From Macrostomum hystrix (taxonomy: Eukaryota > Animalia > Platyhelminthes): DNA of 64,000 nucleotides. The notes beneath the pieces were generated by a model that had not been told where the DNA came from, searched no databases, and worked only from the letters and a program-made list of their open reading frames with translations. The stretch's first letter is position 1, and every line of letters begins with the position of its first letter. Location of the stretch: NCBI GenBank assembly GCA_950097015.1, contig CATNEN010000038.1, forward strand, positions 23,002,001 through 23,066,000, given 5' to 3'. Below, in pieces: positions 1 to 12,569 of this stretch. Both the position numbers and the translations under genes were made by a program.

Positions 1-1391
1 GAGACTTAGTTTTACGTAGAACACCAAACGACGCTTATAAAAGTAAATAAAAATGAAACAAAAAGTATCCGGTATTTGCGATGTAAACTTATTTGACAAT
101 GATTACAAAATCGGAACTTACATTTTCATTTTGTCTTGACCTGCTCGAAGACGTATGTACATTAGATACTGTACGAACTGTACGAACGTACGAACGTAGC
201 GTTCAAACGAACTGTACGAACACTACCACTGGCACTATTAATTTGAGTTACCTACAGTTCCCAGAATAAGTTTGTTTCAAAATGTTAACAAAACCTTTCG
301 TTTTCAGAATAACCGCATTCAAATTAGCATTGCTTAAATTGGGTAGACCCTAACACAAAATATGTTACACGTGTGCCAATCGGCCTTGACTTCCTCACCG
401 TCTGGCAGTAAGAATGAATATTTATATTTTTATTTAGTAGCGATTATTGCAACCTTCCATAACATCTTCTTTACCAGGCCATTTTTTACCACTAAATTTT
501 CTACTTTACTCAAACGCGATTAGTAAACAAGAATGCTTTTGCGGCTGTTGCTTGGCTGTGCTCTAATGCATACGAGCAGCAGCAGCTCGTATCATATCAT
601 CTTAAGTTGCGCTATTTTTAGAAAATACGTATTTGTACGAGTATAGTTTGTATATTTTATCACGTCTTTTCCAAGGCTGTTCCGCGGGTTTGCATTGGAA
701 TTGCCACGGAGAATCACTTTGTAATATACTCGTATTTTAACAAATATATAAGAAAGTAGTGCCAGGTAGGTTTAACCTAAATAGTTTGAATAAAAACATA
801 ATTACTTCCAATTTTTAATTTGTTTTTCTATGCTTTAGCTAATTGTAAGATTTAAAGCTCTACTGTTCGTTTCTGGCCAAAGAAAAAATATTGTAACTTC
901 AACAACGTAGAAAGTTAGAAAACCTTAAAATATCCCAATATTGATTCCATGACAAAACAAGCTAACGGCTTTTCAATTGAACTGCATCGACATTGAGGAC
1001 TCGTCTATTGCTGCAGATCAACAAACTGAAATGTAAGTCGTGTTACTTCAGTTTACTCAGTTTTTTTCAGTCTTCGAAAATGAAATACTCGTAATGGTGT
1101 TTAAATCGTGCCATTGGGAGCATCTGAGCCTTTGCCAAATGGCGAGAGAGACGAAATTCCCTTTCTAGCTCGTATTAATCATATAATACTCGTACAATAG
1201 CAGTATACAAAATTACTATAATATTTAATAACTTCATAATAATTGGTATTTCATTATAGCGTAGAATGTAGCTAAAAGGTATCGGTAAAATTAAAATTAA
1301 AATGGTCTAGCAATGGTGACAAGCCGGAACTAGGACACCAGAGATGGATGCATTTTAGGCCGTTTTGATCGTGAAATACACGACTCAGTCA

Positions 1392-2024
1392 TCAGTCATC
1401 AGTCGTGTTTTCACAAAGCGTTTGGCTTGGACCAGCGAGGCGTGATAAATATTCTGGTTGGTCCTTTTGTTGGTGCTTCACCGCGTCCGTCTGTTGCAGC
1501 TTTCTGTTCAGTAGCTGTTGCAGCTTTCTGTTCAGTAGCTGTTGCAGCTTTCTGTTCAGTAGCTGTTGCAGCTGTCTGTTCAGTAGCTGTTGCAGCTGTC
1601 TGTTCAGTAGCTGTTGCAGCTGTCTGTTCAGTAGCTGTTGCAGCTGTCTGTTCAGTAGCTGTTGCAGCTGTCTGTTCAGTAGCTGTTGCAGCTGTCTGTT
1701 CAGTAGCTGTTGCAGCTGTCTGTTCAGTAGCTGTTGCAGCTGTCTGTTCAGTAGCTGTTGCAGCTGTCTGTTCAGTAGCTGTTGCAGCTGTCTGTTCAGT
1801 AGCTGTTACAGCTGTCTGTTCAGTAGCTGTTGCAGCTGTCTGTTCAGTAGCTGTTGCAGCTGTCTGTTCAGTAGCTGTTGCAGCGTAGTTAACGTATCGG
1901 CATCGAATTCAACAGCTTGGCTGGGTTCCGACACGAACAACTGAAATGCCACCGAAGCCGTCGAGTTTTTTGGGTGAATCTGAAAGCAAGCATGTGGACG
2001 AATTCGTGTTATTCTGTCACTCAT
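1392..2024 (-). pseudogene. Micro-ORF family member C, expanded internally by a 24-bp repeat encoding (QQLLNRQL)n; one CAA>TAA stop at 1806-1808
   Basis: The frame from ATG 2024 runs through the repeat to TGA 1392-1394 except for one stop. VSEPSQAVEFDADTLTTLQQLLNR matches ORF 9010-9192 (VSEPSHASEFAVDALSTLQQLLNR). Confidence 0.45.
1490..1884. repeat. 24-bp minisatellite (TCTGTTCAGTAGCTGTTGCAGCTG)n
   Basis: About 16 near-identical tandem units are directly visible. Confidence 0.97.
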
Positions 2025-2292
2025 TAAATTCGTGCTGCCATTTTGAATTGCTTATCCAAATTACTAAACCCTGCGAATCCTAAGATGCTAAATTCCAGAA
2101 ATTTTTGCCTGCTTTTGGATCCACTAGTTTTCGATCTACTCAAGAGTTCATGTTAGGGACATTATCGCTTGATTGCATTCCGAATCCACAATCCCTATAA
2201 TTTCGCTTATTAAAGGTGTGTCCTCACCTGCAGGCTCACAAAAGCTGATCTGGTGTCGGCAGATCGTGTTCCTGCCGATGTTGTCGATGGCC

Positions 2293-2493
2293 CTAGACAC
2301 CAGAACCACTGCTGACTGCGCTGCCTCCTCCAGACGCTTGGCCATCATGAGTCGATGTTGGATCCTCTGACGGCTGCTGCAGCGGTGAACTCTGCAACTG
2401 CTGCAGCTGACGGAGCGGATCTGAAGGCTGCGGATCCACTGCCTGTACAGGTGGGTTGGGATTCTGCCACGGTGGCTGCCGATTGTGTGACAT
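2293..2493 (-). CDS. Micro-ORF family member B (66 aa, Q/P/S-rich, motif DPLRQLQQL)
   Basis: Intact ATG-TAG ORF; the near-identical copy at 11739-11942 differs by an in-frame 3-nt indel and a few substitutions. Confidence 0.45.
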   Translation of the reverse strand: MSHNRQPPWQNPNPPVQAVDPQPSDPLRQLQQLQSSPLQQPSEDPTSTHDGQASGGGSAVSSGSGV

Positions 2494-3190
2494 TTCTTTG
2501 TCTATTTCTCTGCTGCGCTGCTAGCACACAAACCACCTTTGTGTCCGTGACAAACATTTATGAAGCGATAGATAAATGTGTCCTGGATCGCATACGTACG
2601 AGGTACGGCTATTGTACTTATCTCATACATTATCTCTTTCCTTTTTCTGTCTCTCTCTCTCTTTGTCTTCTTTTCTCTCTTTCCTCTCTTTCTTCTTTCG
2701 TTTTTTCTATTTCAACAACTATTGTCTTATCTTTTTTATCTGCTAAACAACGTACAAATTGTACATGATGAAATACGGCACGCAGGATTCAAGAATATAA
2801 TGAAGCATTCTTTCGCAATTTTTCAGCGACTATATCTTTTTGTAGCCCTTCTTCTGCCATTAATCTTCAAATTGTGTTTTTAGAATTTTAACTGCATTCG
2901 ACCATAATGTACGTGTACAGGTTTGCAATACCAAATCGTCACACGAGTACCGTACCTACTGTTGCTATGCTTTTCTGATAACCTATATTAATACATCATT
3001 ATTTTCTAACTAGAGTTTTTTACATGCAGCATTAGAGCCCATTTTTTTTAAGTACGAATTAAAAATATATAGATTTCCTAAATGAAGACAATTTCTTTGT
3101 TTAAATCCTTTCTTATATTTTCCAAGAATGGCTTAATTGTTTAGTTTTGTGATCAAAGGAGTAGAATTATGACCGATACCTTTGAACTAT

Positions 3191-3193
<3 letters not shown>

Positions 3194-3256
<63 letters not shown>

Positions 3257-3605
3257 GACTTGCAGGAAGGCTGCGGGCAATAGCATATCGTTTGGCGACA
3301 CTAGACCCGCAGTCAGCGAGGAGGCAATTCTGCCCATTTCGCTGACTCCTGAGTACACACGCACACAGATACTGTACGCAGGCACACGCTCACACAGGTG
3401 TGTACATCTGCCCTGACTTTCTCATCGTCAGGCAGTGTACACTTTCACTGTGCCTTGGAGGTTGGCCCTCAAGGGTGTAAATTACACGATAAGCCCCCAA
3501 GCCTTCTCTCCGCGACGGCGCCCAAATAAATGTGGCCTCGCCGTGGAATCGAACTTAGGGACCTTGGTGCGAGAGGCAAACGCGTTAACCGCTCTGCCAC
3601 CGACC
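3194..3605 (-). mobile_element. tRNA-derived SINE, full length, with (ATT)n tail
   Basis: On the minus strand the 5' end has an A box (TGGCAGAGCGG) and a B box (GTTCGATTCC), a ~350-bp body and a tail at 3194-3254. At least 8 copies occur in the window. Confidence 0.9.
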
Positions 3606-4145
3606 ATCTTTGAACTATATTAGATGTGCATATTAACCATTTAGTGTAGTGCGTCAATTGCACTCCTTTGTCGATGGTAATAAATGCTTTACACTAGAAC
3701 AGTTGGAATGGTGTACGTGGGGCGGGGGTTGGCGCATGGTTGTGCGTACATTACTGGGGTTGGGGTGGCAGGGAAACCCCAGTTGGTCATGTAGGTTATA
3801 GATGGCTTAAAAACTGGTCAATTATGACTGTGGCGTCTCAATTAAATGTTGTTTAAAAGTTGTCAATACGGCTAAAGTGTTGGTTAAAAGTGTAAAGAAG
3901 ATTTTGAAAGAGTTATGTTGCACAAATAGTTATGCATTTGTTTGCTATTATTGGTATTTAGAAAATTGTGATTTTGTTAAGCGTAGCGTTTATTTAGTCA
4001 TAGATTTGTATATACGTATGTAAACACAATGGAAAAACAATCGGCCTATTAACTGGGATCCAGGGGGGTTGAACTAGCAATCCATTCTGTTTATTCTATC
4101 CAGTGGGATGGACTAGCAATCCTTTTGCATCCATTGAGCAGTGCG

Positions 4146-4537
4146 AGCCACTTGAGACACTTGAACAGCCTTTGAGCGGTTAGAGCCACTTGAGACACTT
4201 GAGACACTTGAACAGCCTTTGAGCGGTTAGAGCCACTTGAGACACTTGAGACACTTGAACAGCCTTTGAGCGGTTAGAGCCACTTGAGACACTTGAACAG
4301 CCTTTGAGCGGTTAGAGCCACTTGAGACACTTGAACAGCCTTTGAGCGGTTAGAGCCACTTGAGACACTTGAACAGCCTTTGAGCGGTTAGAGCCACTTG
4401 AGACACTTGAGACACTTGAACAGCCTTTGAGCGGTTAGAGCCACTTGAGACACTTGAGACACTTGAACAGCCTTTGAGCAGCTTGAGACACTTGAGACAC
4501 TTGAACAGCCTTTGAGCGGTTAGAGCCACTTGAGCCA
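4146..4537. repeat. 33/42-bp minisatellite (GAGCCACTTGAGACACTTGAACAGCCTTTGAGCGGTTA-type)
   Basis: Tandem units with an optional 9-bp subunit. Confidence 0.95.
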
Positions 4538-5410
4538 ATTTTAAAACGTACTTGAGCCATGAAAAACATATGACCAACTTTCAGGCCGCGTTAACCTCGA
4601 GAGCGTTAGGCAACTTTTGCACAACTTTTTGCACACTTTAAGCACTTCACCCGTACAGGTGGCTCTAAAATTCTTAAATACGGCCCAAACTGCAAAAAAT
4701 GCGCAAATACTGGTCAAGCTTCTCATATGAGCCGTAAATGACCCACCACGGCGGCTATCAGAATTCATCGGGTATAGCGCTAAAGAAGGCACCACATTGA
4801 CCTGGAATGGATAAAATTAGCGTCTATTACCCCAGTTGATGCTGGCAACCATTTAGCAGTACACGAATCGTTTCAGTGCAGTCGGGAATCGAACTTCCGA
4901 CCACCGAACCTCCAAAAGAAAGATTTTTTTGATTCCATAGATAGGCTTGAAAAAAATTCACCCTAACATAAACAGGAAGAAACTAAAAACTGCAATTTTA
5001 CACTTACAACCTAATGGCGTGTGTCTGACTGATGCATTTCTAAAATCTTAATGGCCAAAATGCGTTTTAACAAAGACCACGAGCAGTTAACCACTTTAAT
5101 TGTCATCGAGTCTTAAATACACAATAGAAGTACGTGTGCTTGTAATTTCATTGAAATGCTGATATCAGACTTGTCAGTAACTGATTAGTTTTATGAAAAC
5201 AAAAACTTGCGTTGAATGCCATTTAGGGCTACTACAAGTAGCAAATCGGGCTTCTCATCTTAATTTTAATTGTGTAAGCTCTCTAAATATTACAGTGTTT
5301 AAATTGCACAAAAATATAATGTTAGCAGGAAATTTTGGATGATTGTCAATGCAATCTGACAACAAGTCAGATTTATACACGCAAATCGGCAATCGTTTTA
5401 GACGAATGAT

Positions 5411-5603
5411 TGCAGGATGGCTGTGGGCAATGGCACATCATTTGGTCACACTTGAGGTTGGCCCTCAAGGGCGTAAATTGCACGACATGCCCCCGAGCCT
5501 TCTCTCCGCGGCTGCGCCCCAAATGAATGTGGCCTCGCCGCAGAATCGAGCTCAGGGACCTTGGTGCGAGAGGCAAAGGTGTTAACCGCTCTGACGCTGA
5601 CCC
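5411..5603 (-). mobile_element. tRNA-SINE copy with an internal deletion
   Basis: Matches both ends of the 3260-3605 element and lacks the middle. Confidence 0.85.
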
Positions 5604-5899
5604 CCTTAAAAATTTATTAATATTATGCAAAGATAAAGCTTAATTGGATCTCAAGGGATGCTTTAGTTCGGCAATCCCTAACTCTTTATTCCACCCTGTA
5701 GTGATCTTCGCAGTCCTTTTACCTCTCGCTGTCTCCGCCCACGTGAGTTTAGGCTCTATTGCATGCAGTTATGTGACGCCTCTGCCGCAGGTTGGCGGCG
5801 AAAATCGAAGACAAGAAGCGGTTGCTCAAGCTTCTTCTTTACCCGGCTGGCTAGGACTTGCGGACGGTTGCCACGGTTTTGACTTGACGAGCAGTTCAC

Positions 5900-7460
5900 T
5901 GGCAAGCTGAACCTACCCTGCACGCGGTTTGAGTACTGACCTCTGCACGCAGCGGCCGGCGCATCCGGCGACTTCTTCGAGGCAGCAGGCTTCGAAGGCC
6001 ATTGCGATTCCCCGAATGGCGACCAGCTCATAGCTGGCTGCAGTTCAGAGCAGCTCCGCCAGAAGCTGATGGCCCTGGACAATATTGGCTCTGAAGCGGA
6101 GCAATGGAGGCGGCGAAAGCCCAGGGCGACCCTTACGGAGACCAAAGAGTCAGTGCAGCGCCTCCGCCGCTAGGTTTCACGTCCGTTGGCATCGTCAGAA
6201 CAGCGGCAAGCTCAACAACCCAATATAATAGTACGTCCGGGCCCTGCAGACTGACAGCGACCGAGGACGGCGTCTTCTGCCTAACAGTGACGGCCACTGG
6301 CACTGCGAAAACCCGTGCTCGTGCGACTGTGCTGATCGACCTTACACCTGTGTCGCTTCTCGTGGACAGTGGGGCCGACTGCATCATCTTGACGGAGAAG
6401 GCCTGGTACAAGCTTTCCTGACCGCCGCAGCTGCAGCCCAGCCGGACAAAGATTTTCTGGTTCCAATCCTCCCCGGCGCTCAGCACCCTGCAGGCCTGCT
6501 GTCTGCTGCCTGCCTCTCTGTTGAACAGCTTAGCGTGACGGTCCGCTTCATCGTCGTGACGGGCGACGGCATCAGCTCGATCGAGAAGATTCCACGCAGC
6601 TGCACCTTTCGAGCCTGGGGCCGCAGGTCCGAGCGATTTCGTCCATCGAGGCAGAGAACCCGGAGATACAGGCGATTGTCAAGCGTTTCCCCGAGGTCTT
6701 TAAGGGCCTGGGAAAGGTCAAGGACGTCTCTGCGCAAGCCAGGCCAGTCCGCCAAGCGGCACCAGATCCCGAACATGGCGGGGCCGACGATCTTCACAAA
6801 GCTGGACATTTTCATGGCGATCCAACAATCGGAGTCAGCAAAGACAGCAGCAAGAACTTCGTGTTCTCGACCTCCCGAAGACTGCAGCAGCTGACCCGCC
6901 TTAGCATGGTATTTGCAGCAGACCTGGCGGGCGTCCAGTGGATCCACGACGACATCATCATCCATGGCCAGGACCTACTCGTAGAAGCTCACCGAGGGCA
7001 CGTCGCTGCCTGTCTGACCACGGCATCACCTTGAAGGCCAGCAAGTGCCGCTGGGGCATCGCAAGCGCCAAGTTCATGGCCATGACGTCTGCCAAAGTTC
7101 GGAATCCAGCCGTCTAGCGAGAAAATCGACGAGCTGCAGGCCATCAGGACCCCCAGTCTGTCAAGGAGGTCAGATCGTTCCTGGGCTTTGCCAACCACCT
7201 GGAGGATTTCATGCTGCAGCTCGCCGACAAGGTCAACTTGCTCTGGCGGCTGACAAAGAAATGCCAGGAGTTCGTGAGGGACAGTGAGCAGCAGCTGGCA
7301 TTCCAGGCCACGAAAAATTGAATCTCGAAGAGCTGCACCATGGCCTTCTTCGACAAGCGCTACCGACCAAGCTCGTTGTCGACGCGTCACCAGTGGGGCT
7401 TGTCGCCATCCTGCAGCCGGGTGGCCTTCGCTAGCCACACCTGAAAGGACGCGGCTAAGG
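5900..7460 (+). mobile_element. Degenerate Ty3/Gypsy LTR retrotransposon pol remnant
   Basis: Motifs in PR-RT-RH order: protease LLVDSGAD (~6356-6379), RT FTKLD and IHDDIIIHG (~6942), VRSFLGFANH (~7169), RNase H LVVDASPVGL (~7372). Many frameshifts and deletions. Confidence 0.85.
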
Positions 7461-7475
7461 CTCTAAGCTTAAATG

Positions 7476-8355
7476 CTCATCTCTCACCAGTCTCATCTCT
7501 CACCAGTCTCATCCCTCACCAGTCTCATCTCTCACCAGTCTCATCTCTCACCAGTCTCATCCCTCACCAGTCTCATCCCTCACCAGTCTCATCTCTCACC
7601 AGTCTCATCTCTCACCAGTCTCATCCATCACCAGTCTCATCTCTCACCAGTCTCATCCCTCACCAGTCTCATCTCTCACCAGTCTCATCTCTCACCAGTC
7701 TCATCCCTCACCAGTCTCATCTCTCACCAGTCTCATCCCTCACCAGTCTCATCTCTCACCAGTCTCATCTCTCACCAGTCTCATCCCTCACCAGTCTAAT
7801 CTCTCACCAGTCTCATCCCTCACCAGTCTCATCTCTCACCAGTCTCATCCATCACCAGTCTCATCTCTCACCAGTCTCATCCCTCACCAGTCTCATCTCT
7901 CACCAGTCTCATCTCTCACCAGTCTCATCCCTCACCAGTCTCATCTCTCACCAGTCTCATCTCTCACCAGTCTCATCTCTCACCAGTCTCATCCCTCACC
8001 AGTCTCATCTCTCACCAGTCTAATCTCTCACCAGTCTCATCCCTCACCAGTCTCATCCCTCACCAGTCTCATCCCTCACCAGTCTCATCTCTCACCAGTC
8101 TCATCTCTGACCAGTCTCATCTCTCACCAGTCTCATCCCTCACCTGTCTCATCTTTCACCAGTCTCATCTCTGACCAGTCTCATCCCTCACCAGTCTCAT
8201 CTCTCACCAGTCTCATCTCTCACCAGTCTCATCCCTCACCAGTCTCATCCCTCACCAGTCTCATCTCTCACCAGTCTCATCTCTCACCAGTCTCATTCCT
8301 CACCAGTCTCATCCTTCACCAGTCTCATCCCTCACCAGTCTCATCTCTCACCAGC
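7476..8355. repeat. 16-bp minisatellite (CTCATCTCTCACCAGT)n
   Basis: Tandem array with period 16. Confidence 0.97.
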
Positions 8356-9009
8356 CTTATGTGCAGAAAGAAGGCACAAACTCGTAGAAGAAGATCTCTC
8401 CGAAATTATAGTGGGTCCAAACATTGTGTTAAAATGTTCAGTATGTATTGCCAAAACATTTCTAGGTAACATGTGCTGGGTAAACTCACTAGCATTGTCT
8501 ACATTGCTATTATTTAGGATTGCATCTCGAGTGTTTTCCTGAAGCTATTTTTAGCCCTAAAAACTGGTTGTGTCACTGGTGGCAGAACGAAAACTCCACG
8601 GAATTACCTTGAGCCGTATACGAGCGTATATATATCACTAGTCTTATATATCACTAGTCTCATCTCTCATCTCTCATCTCATAATATTTGTACTTTCATA
8701 ATATATATTTACATATGGTCAGAGATGATATGTAAAATATAAACCTGACTGACAAGAGATACTAGTAACAGTTCATCGGTTCTATCGTCAATTGGCCGGC
8801 AAAGGACTACATGAACAGAGGCTATGAGAAACTTTGTGACGGTCGCCATTTCTACAAGATCCTGGGTCGGCCAATGTACAAGAATATCAGCACGCGTCTA
8901 AGTCTAGCAGTCCAACGTCACCAATGTCCTTCGTGATCTGCTCCGTGTTGCTTACTTGACGTGTAGGCGACCATTGTTTACTGAGGATATTTTGCAGAGG
9001 CCATCCTAA

Positions 9010-9192
9010 CTAGCTTGGACTGGGCCTCCTAGGTGTAGCAAGTTGATGGTCCATTGGTTGATAATTCTCATCGACCACCTGTTGCGGTAGTCTATTCAGT
9101 AGCTGCTGCAGAGTAGATAACGCATCGACAGCGAATTCTGAAGCATGGCTGGGTTCCGACACTGACAGTTGAACTTCCATCCATGAGGCCAT
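9010..9192 (-). CDS. Micro-ORF family member C' (60 aa; MEVQLSVSEPSHA...DALSTLQQLL)
   Basis: Intact ORF, homologous to 1806-2024 and to the 59-aa A copies. Confidence 0.45.
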   Translation of the reverse strand: MASWMEVQLSVSEPSHASEFAVDALSTLQQLLNRLPQQVVDENYQPMDHQLATPRRPSPS

Positions 9193-9243
9193 CGAGCTTT
9201 CTGATGCTTATGTGAAAGCAAGTATGTCAAACTCATTAAACCG

Positions 9244-9281
<38 letters not shown>

Positions 9282-9298
9282 CAGATAGATAGATAGAT

Positions 9299-9334
<36 letters not shown>

Positions 9335-9389
9335 TTTCGATAGATAGATATTTAGATAGATAGATAGATAGATGATAGATAGATATTTC

Positions 9390-9432
<43 letters not shown>

Positions 9433-9515
9433 GATAGAGAGATATTTAGATAGATAGATTGATAGATAGATAGATAGATAGATGATAGATAGATATATAG
9501 ATAAATATATAGATG

Positions 9516-9546
<31 letters not shown>

Positions 9547-9618
9547 GATAGATAGATATTTAAATTACAGATAGATAGATAGATAGATAGATAGATATAT
9601 AAATAGATAAAGATATAT
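9244..9618. repeat. (GATA)n microsatellite
   Basis: Directly visible. Confidence 0.97.
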
Positions 9619-10884
9619 AACTCATCAACCAGCTATCCATGCAGAACTCACCAACCAGCTATCCATGCAGAACTCATCAACCAGCTATCCATGCAGAACT
9701 CACCAACCAGCTATCCATGCAGAACTCATCAACCAGCTATCCATGCAGAACTCACTAACCATCTATCCATGCAGAACTCATCAACCAGCTATCCATGCAG
9801 AACTCACCAACCATCTATCCATGCAGAACTCATCAACCAGCTATCCATGCAGAACTCACCAACCAGCTATCCATGCAGAACTCATCAACCAGCTATCCAT
9901 GCAGAACTCACTAACCATCTATCCATGCAGAACTCATCAACCAGCTATCCATGCAGAACTCACCAACCATCTATCCATGCAGAACTCATCAACCATCTAT
10001 CCATGCAGAACTCATCAACCATCTATCCATGCAGAACTCATCAACCATCTATCCATGCAGAACTCATCAACCATCTATCCATGCAGAACTCATCAACCAT
10101 CTATCCATGCAGAACTCATCAACCATCTATACATGCAGAACTCATCAACCATCTATACATGCAGGACTCATCAACCAGCTATACATGCAGAACTCATCAA
10201 CCATCTATACATGCAGGACTCATCAACCATCTATACATGCAGAACTCACCAACCATCTATACATGCAGAACTCATCAACCATCTATACATGCAGAACTCA
10301 TCAACCATCTATACATGCAGGACTCATCAACCATCTATACATGCAGAACTCATCAACCATCTATACATGCAGAACTCACCAACCATCTATACATGCAGAA
10401 CTCATCAACCATCTATACATGCAGAACTCATCAACCATCTATACATGCAGGACTCATCAACCATCTATACATGCAGAACTCATCAACCATCTATACATGC
10501 AGAACTCACCAACCATCTATACATGCAGAACTCATCAACCATCTATACATGCAGAACTCACCAACCATCTATACATGCAGGACTCATCAACCATCTATAC
10601 ATGCAGAACTCATCAACCATCTATACATGCAGGACTCATCAACCATCTATACATGCAGAACTCACCAACCATCTATACATGCAGGACTCATCAACCATCT
10701 ATACATGCAGAACTCATCAACCATCTATACATGCAGGACTCATCAACCATCTATACATGCAGAACTCACCAACCATCTATACATGCAGAACTCACCAACC
10801 ATCTATCCATGCAGAACTCATCAACCATCTATACATGCAGGACTCATCAACCATCTATACATGCAGGACTCATCAACCAGCTAT
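9619..10884. repeat. 26-bp minisatellite (AACTCATCAACCATCTATACATGCAG)n
   Basis: Tandem array; it produces spurious ORFs in three frames. Confidence 0.97.
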
Positions 10885-11738
10885 TATTACAGAACCCAAT
10901 AATCAACATTTGCTTAAGAACTAAGGTTGGCATTGAAATGATTTTGTCAAGCCTAGGAAGTGTTAACCTGTAGAATAGCTTTTTTGCACTCGTTAAGACA
11001 GGACTTACTCGCTACTGGCGCTAAACCCTGAAGTTAACGATAGTTTCTAACAGTATTGATAAAATCAGCAGTTTAAATTGATGGGAGGCTTGGCACAGCT
11101 AGGCTAAGCTTTGAAATTAACAGACAGGGGTAGGTTTTTAAGGCAAAAAATGCCCAACGCTTATATCTACTCGTTGGTACCCTATGGGGTTGTATAGTAC
11201 CTTGTAAAAATTCGTGCGTATTCAAAAAACTTTATACTCGTTTTTTTCAATCCGGAGAAAATTGCCGTGCATTTTGTTTCACTGTACTATCGCTTCTAGA
11301 ACATCGAATGCTGAAACTGAAATTCGTGCCCACGAATAACACAGTTTCAGTTGAATAATCAGTCCATTTTATTTAAACTCTTTTAGTTTTATTACCTTAG
11401 AATTGTTGCACACGCAGTGAAATTTTTGAAAAGACGATAAAAAGGAGAAGTTCGATCAGTTTGCCCGCATCGACGTGTTCATGACAATTTTCCTAGAGCC
11501 CGTGTCTCAGGCTATACAGTAGGACGGGTCGAATGTCGCTCTGCGATCAGTCCTAATCGAATTACGATTAAAATTAATCAAGCGAGTTCATACGAACTAT
11601 TTGGAACATTATCATTGGATTTCATTCCGAATCCACAATCCCTTTGATTTCGCTTATTAAAGTGTGTCCTCACCTGCAGGCTCACAACAGCTGATCTGGT
11701 GTCGGCAGATCGTGTTCCTGCCTTTGTTGTCGATGGCC

Positions 11739-11942
11739 CTAGACACCAGAATCACTGCTGACTGCGCTGCCTCCGCCAGACGCTTGGCCATCATGAGTCG
11801 ATGTTGGATCCTCGGACGGCTGCTGAAGCGGTGAACTCTGCAACTGCTGCAGCTGACGGAGCGGATCTGAAGGCTGCGGATCCACTGCCTGTACAGGTGG
11901 GTTGGGATTCTGCCACGGTGGTGGCTGCCGATTGTGTGACAT
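11739..11942 (-). CDS. Micro-ORF family member B' (67 aa)
   Basis: Lies in duplicated block ~11605-12070, which matches ~2155-2620; the ORF is intact. Confidence 0.45.
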   Translation of the reverse strand: MSHNRQPPPWQNPNPPVQAVDPQPSDPLRQLQQLQSSPLQQPSEDPTSTHDGQASGGGSAVSSDSGV

Positions 11943-12569
11943 TTCTTTGTCTATTTCTCTGCTGCGCTGCTAGCACACAAACCACCTTTGTGTCCGTGAC
12001 AAACATTTATGAAGCGATAGATAAATGTGTCCTGGATCGCATACGTACGTACGGCTATTTGTACTTATCTCATTCATTTTTCTCTCTTATATTGTATTTA
12101 TTTTTCCTCCATGGATACAGCTATGATCTGTACATTACAACCTGGCGAAGAACTAAATAAGTTGCATTTTTGTGCATTGTTTTCGCTGTGTGAAGCCTTA
12201 CGGTTGAATCGCATCTCAGGAAGCAGGTTTTTTTACTTCCTAAATGGCAGATTATGCAAGTTAAATGCTCCCCCCTCCAAGCTTTATTGTTTTCGATCAC
12301 GACCGCATTGTCTTTTTTTATAGATATTGGTGGAGAGAAACGACTGCGGTGGCATTACACGCCGGTGTTTGTTTTTGTGCAGTTGTATTCAGTTTATTTG
12401 TTTTGTGAGTGCGAGTGTGAGTGTTCCGTCAGTCTTCTTATGCTAAGCTTGTGTATGTTTTGCCTTCAGTTCACGAACACTAAAATAAATAGATCTTGCT
12501 GTCGTTCAAGCGAACGCGTAAATCTAACTTTCGCAATTAGTTTCTTAAAAATGACTTTGGCGACAGGGG

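Noticed and set aside
3530-3605. tRNA gene
   Set aside because: The A and B boxes are the head of a multi-copy SINE, and the cloverleaf is degenerate.
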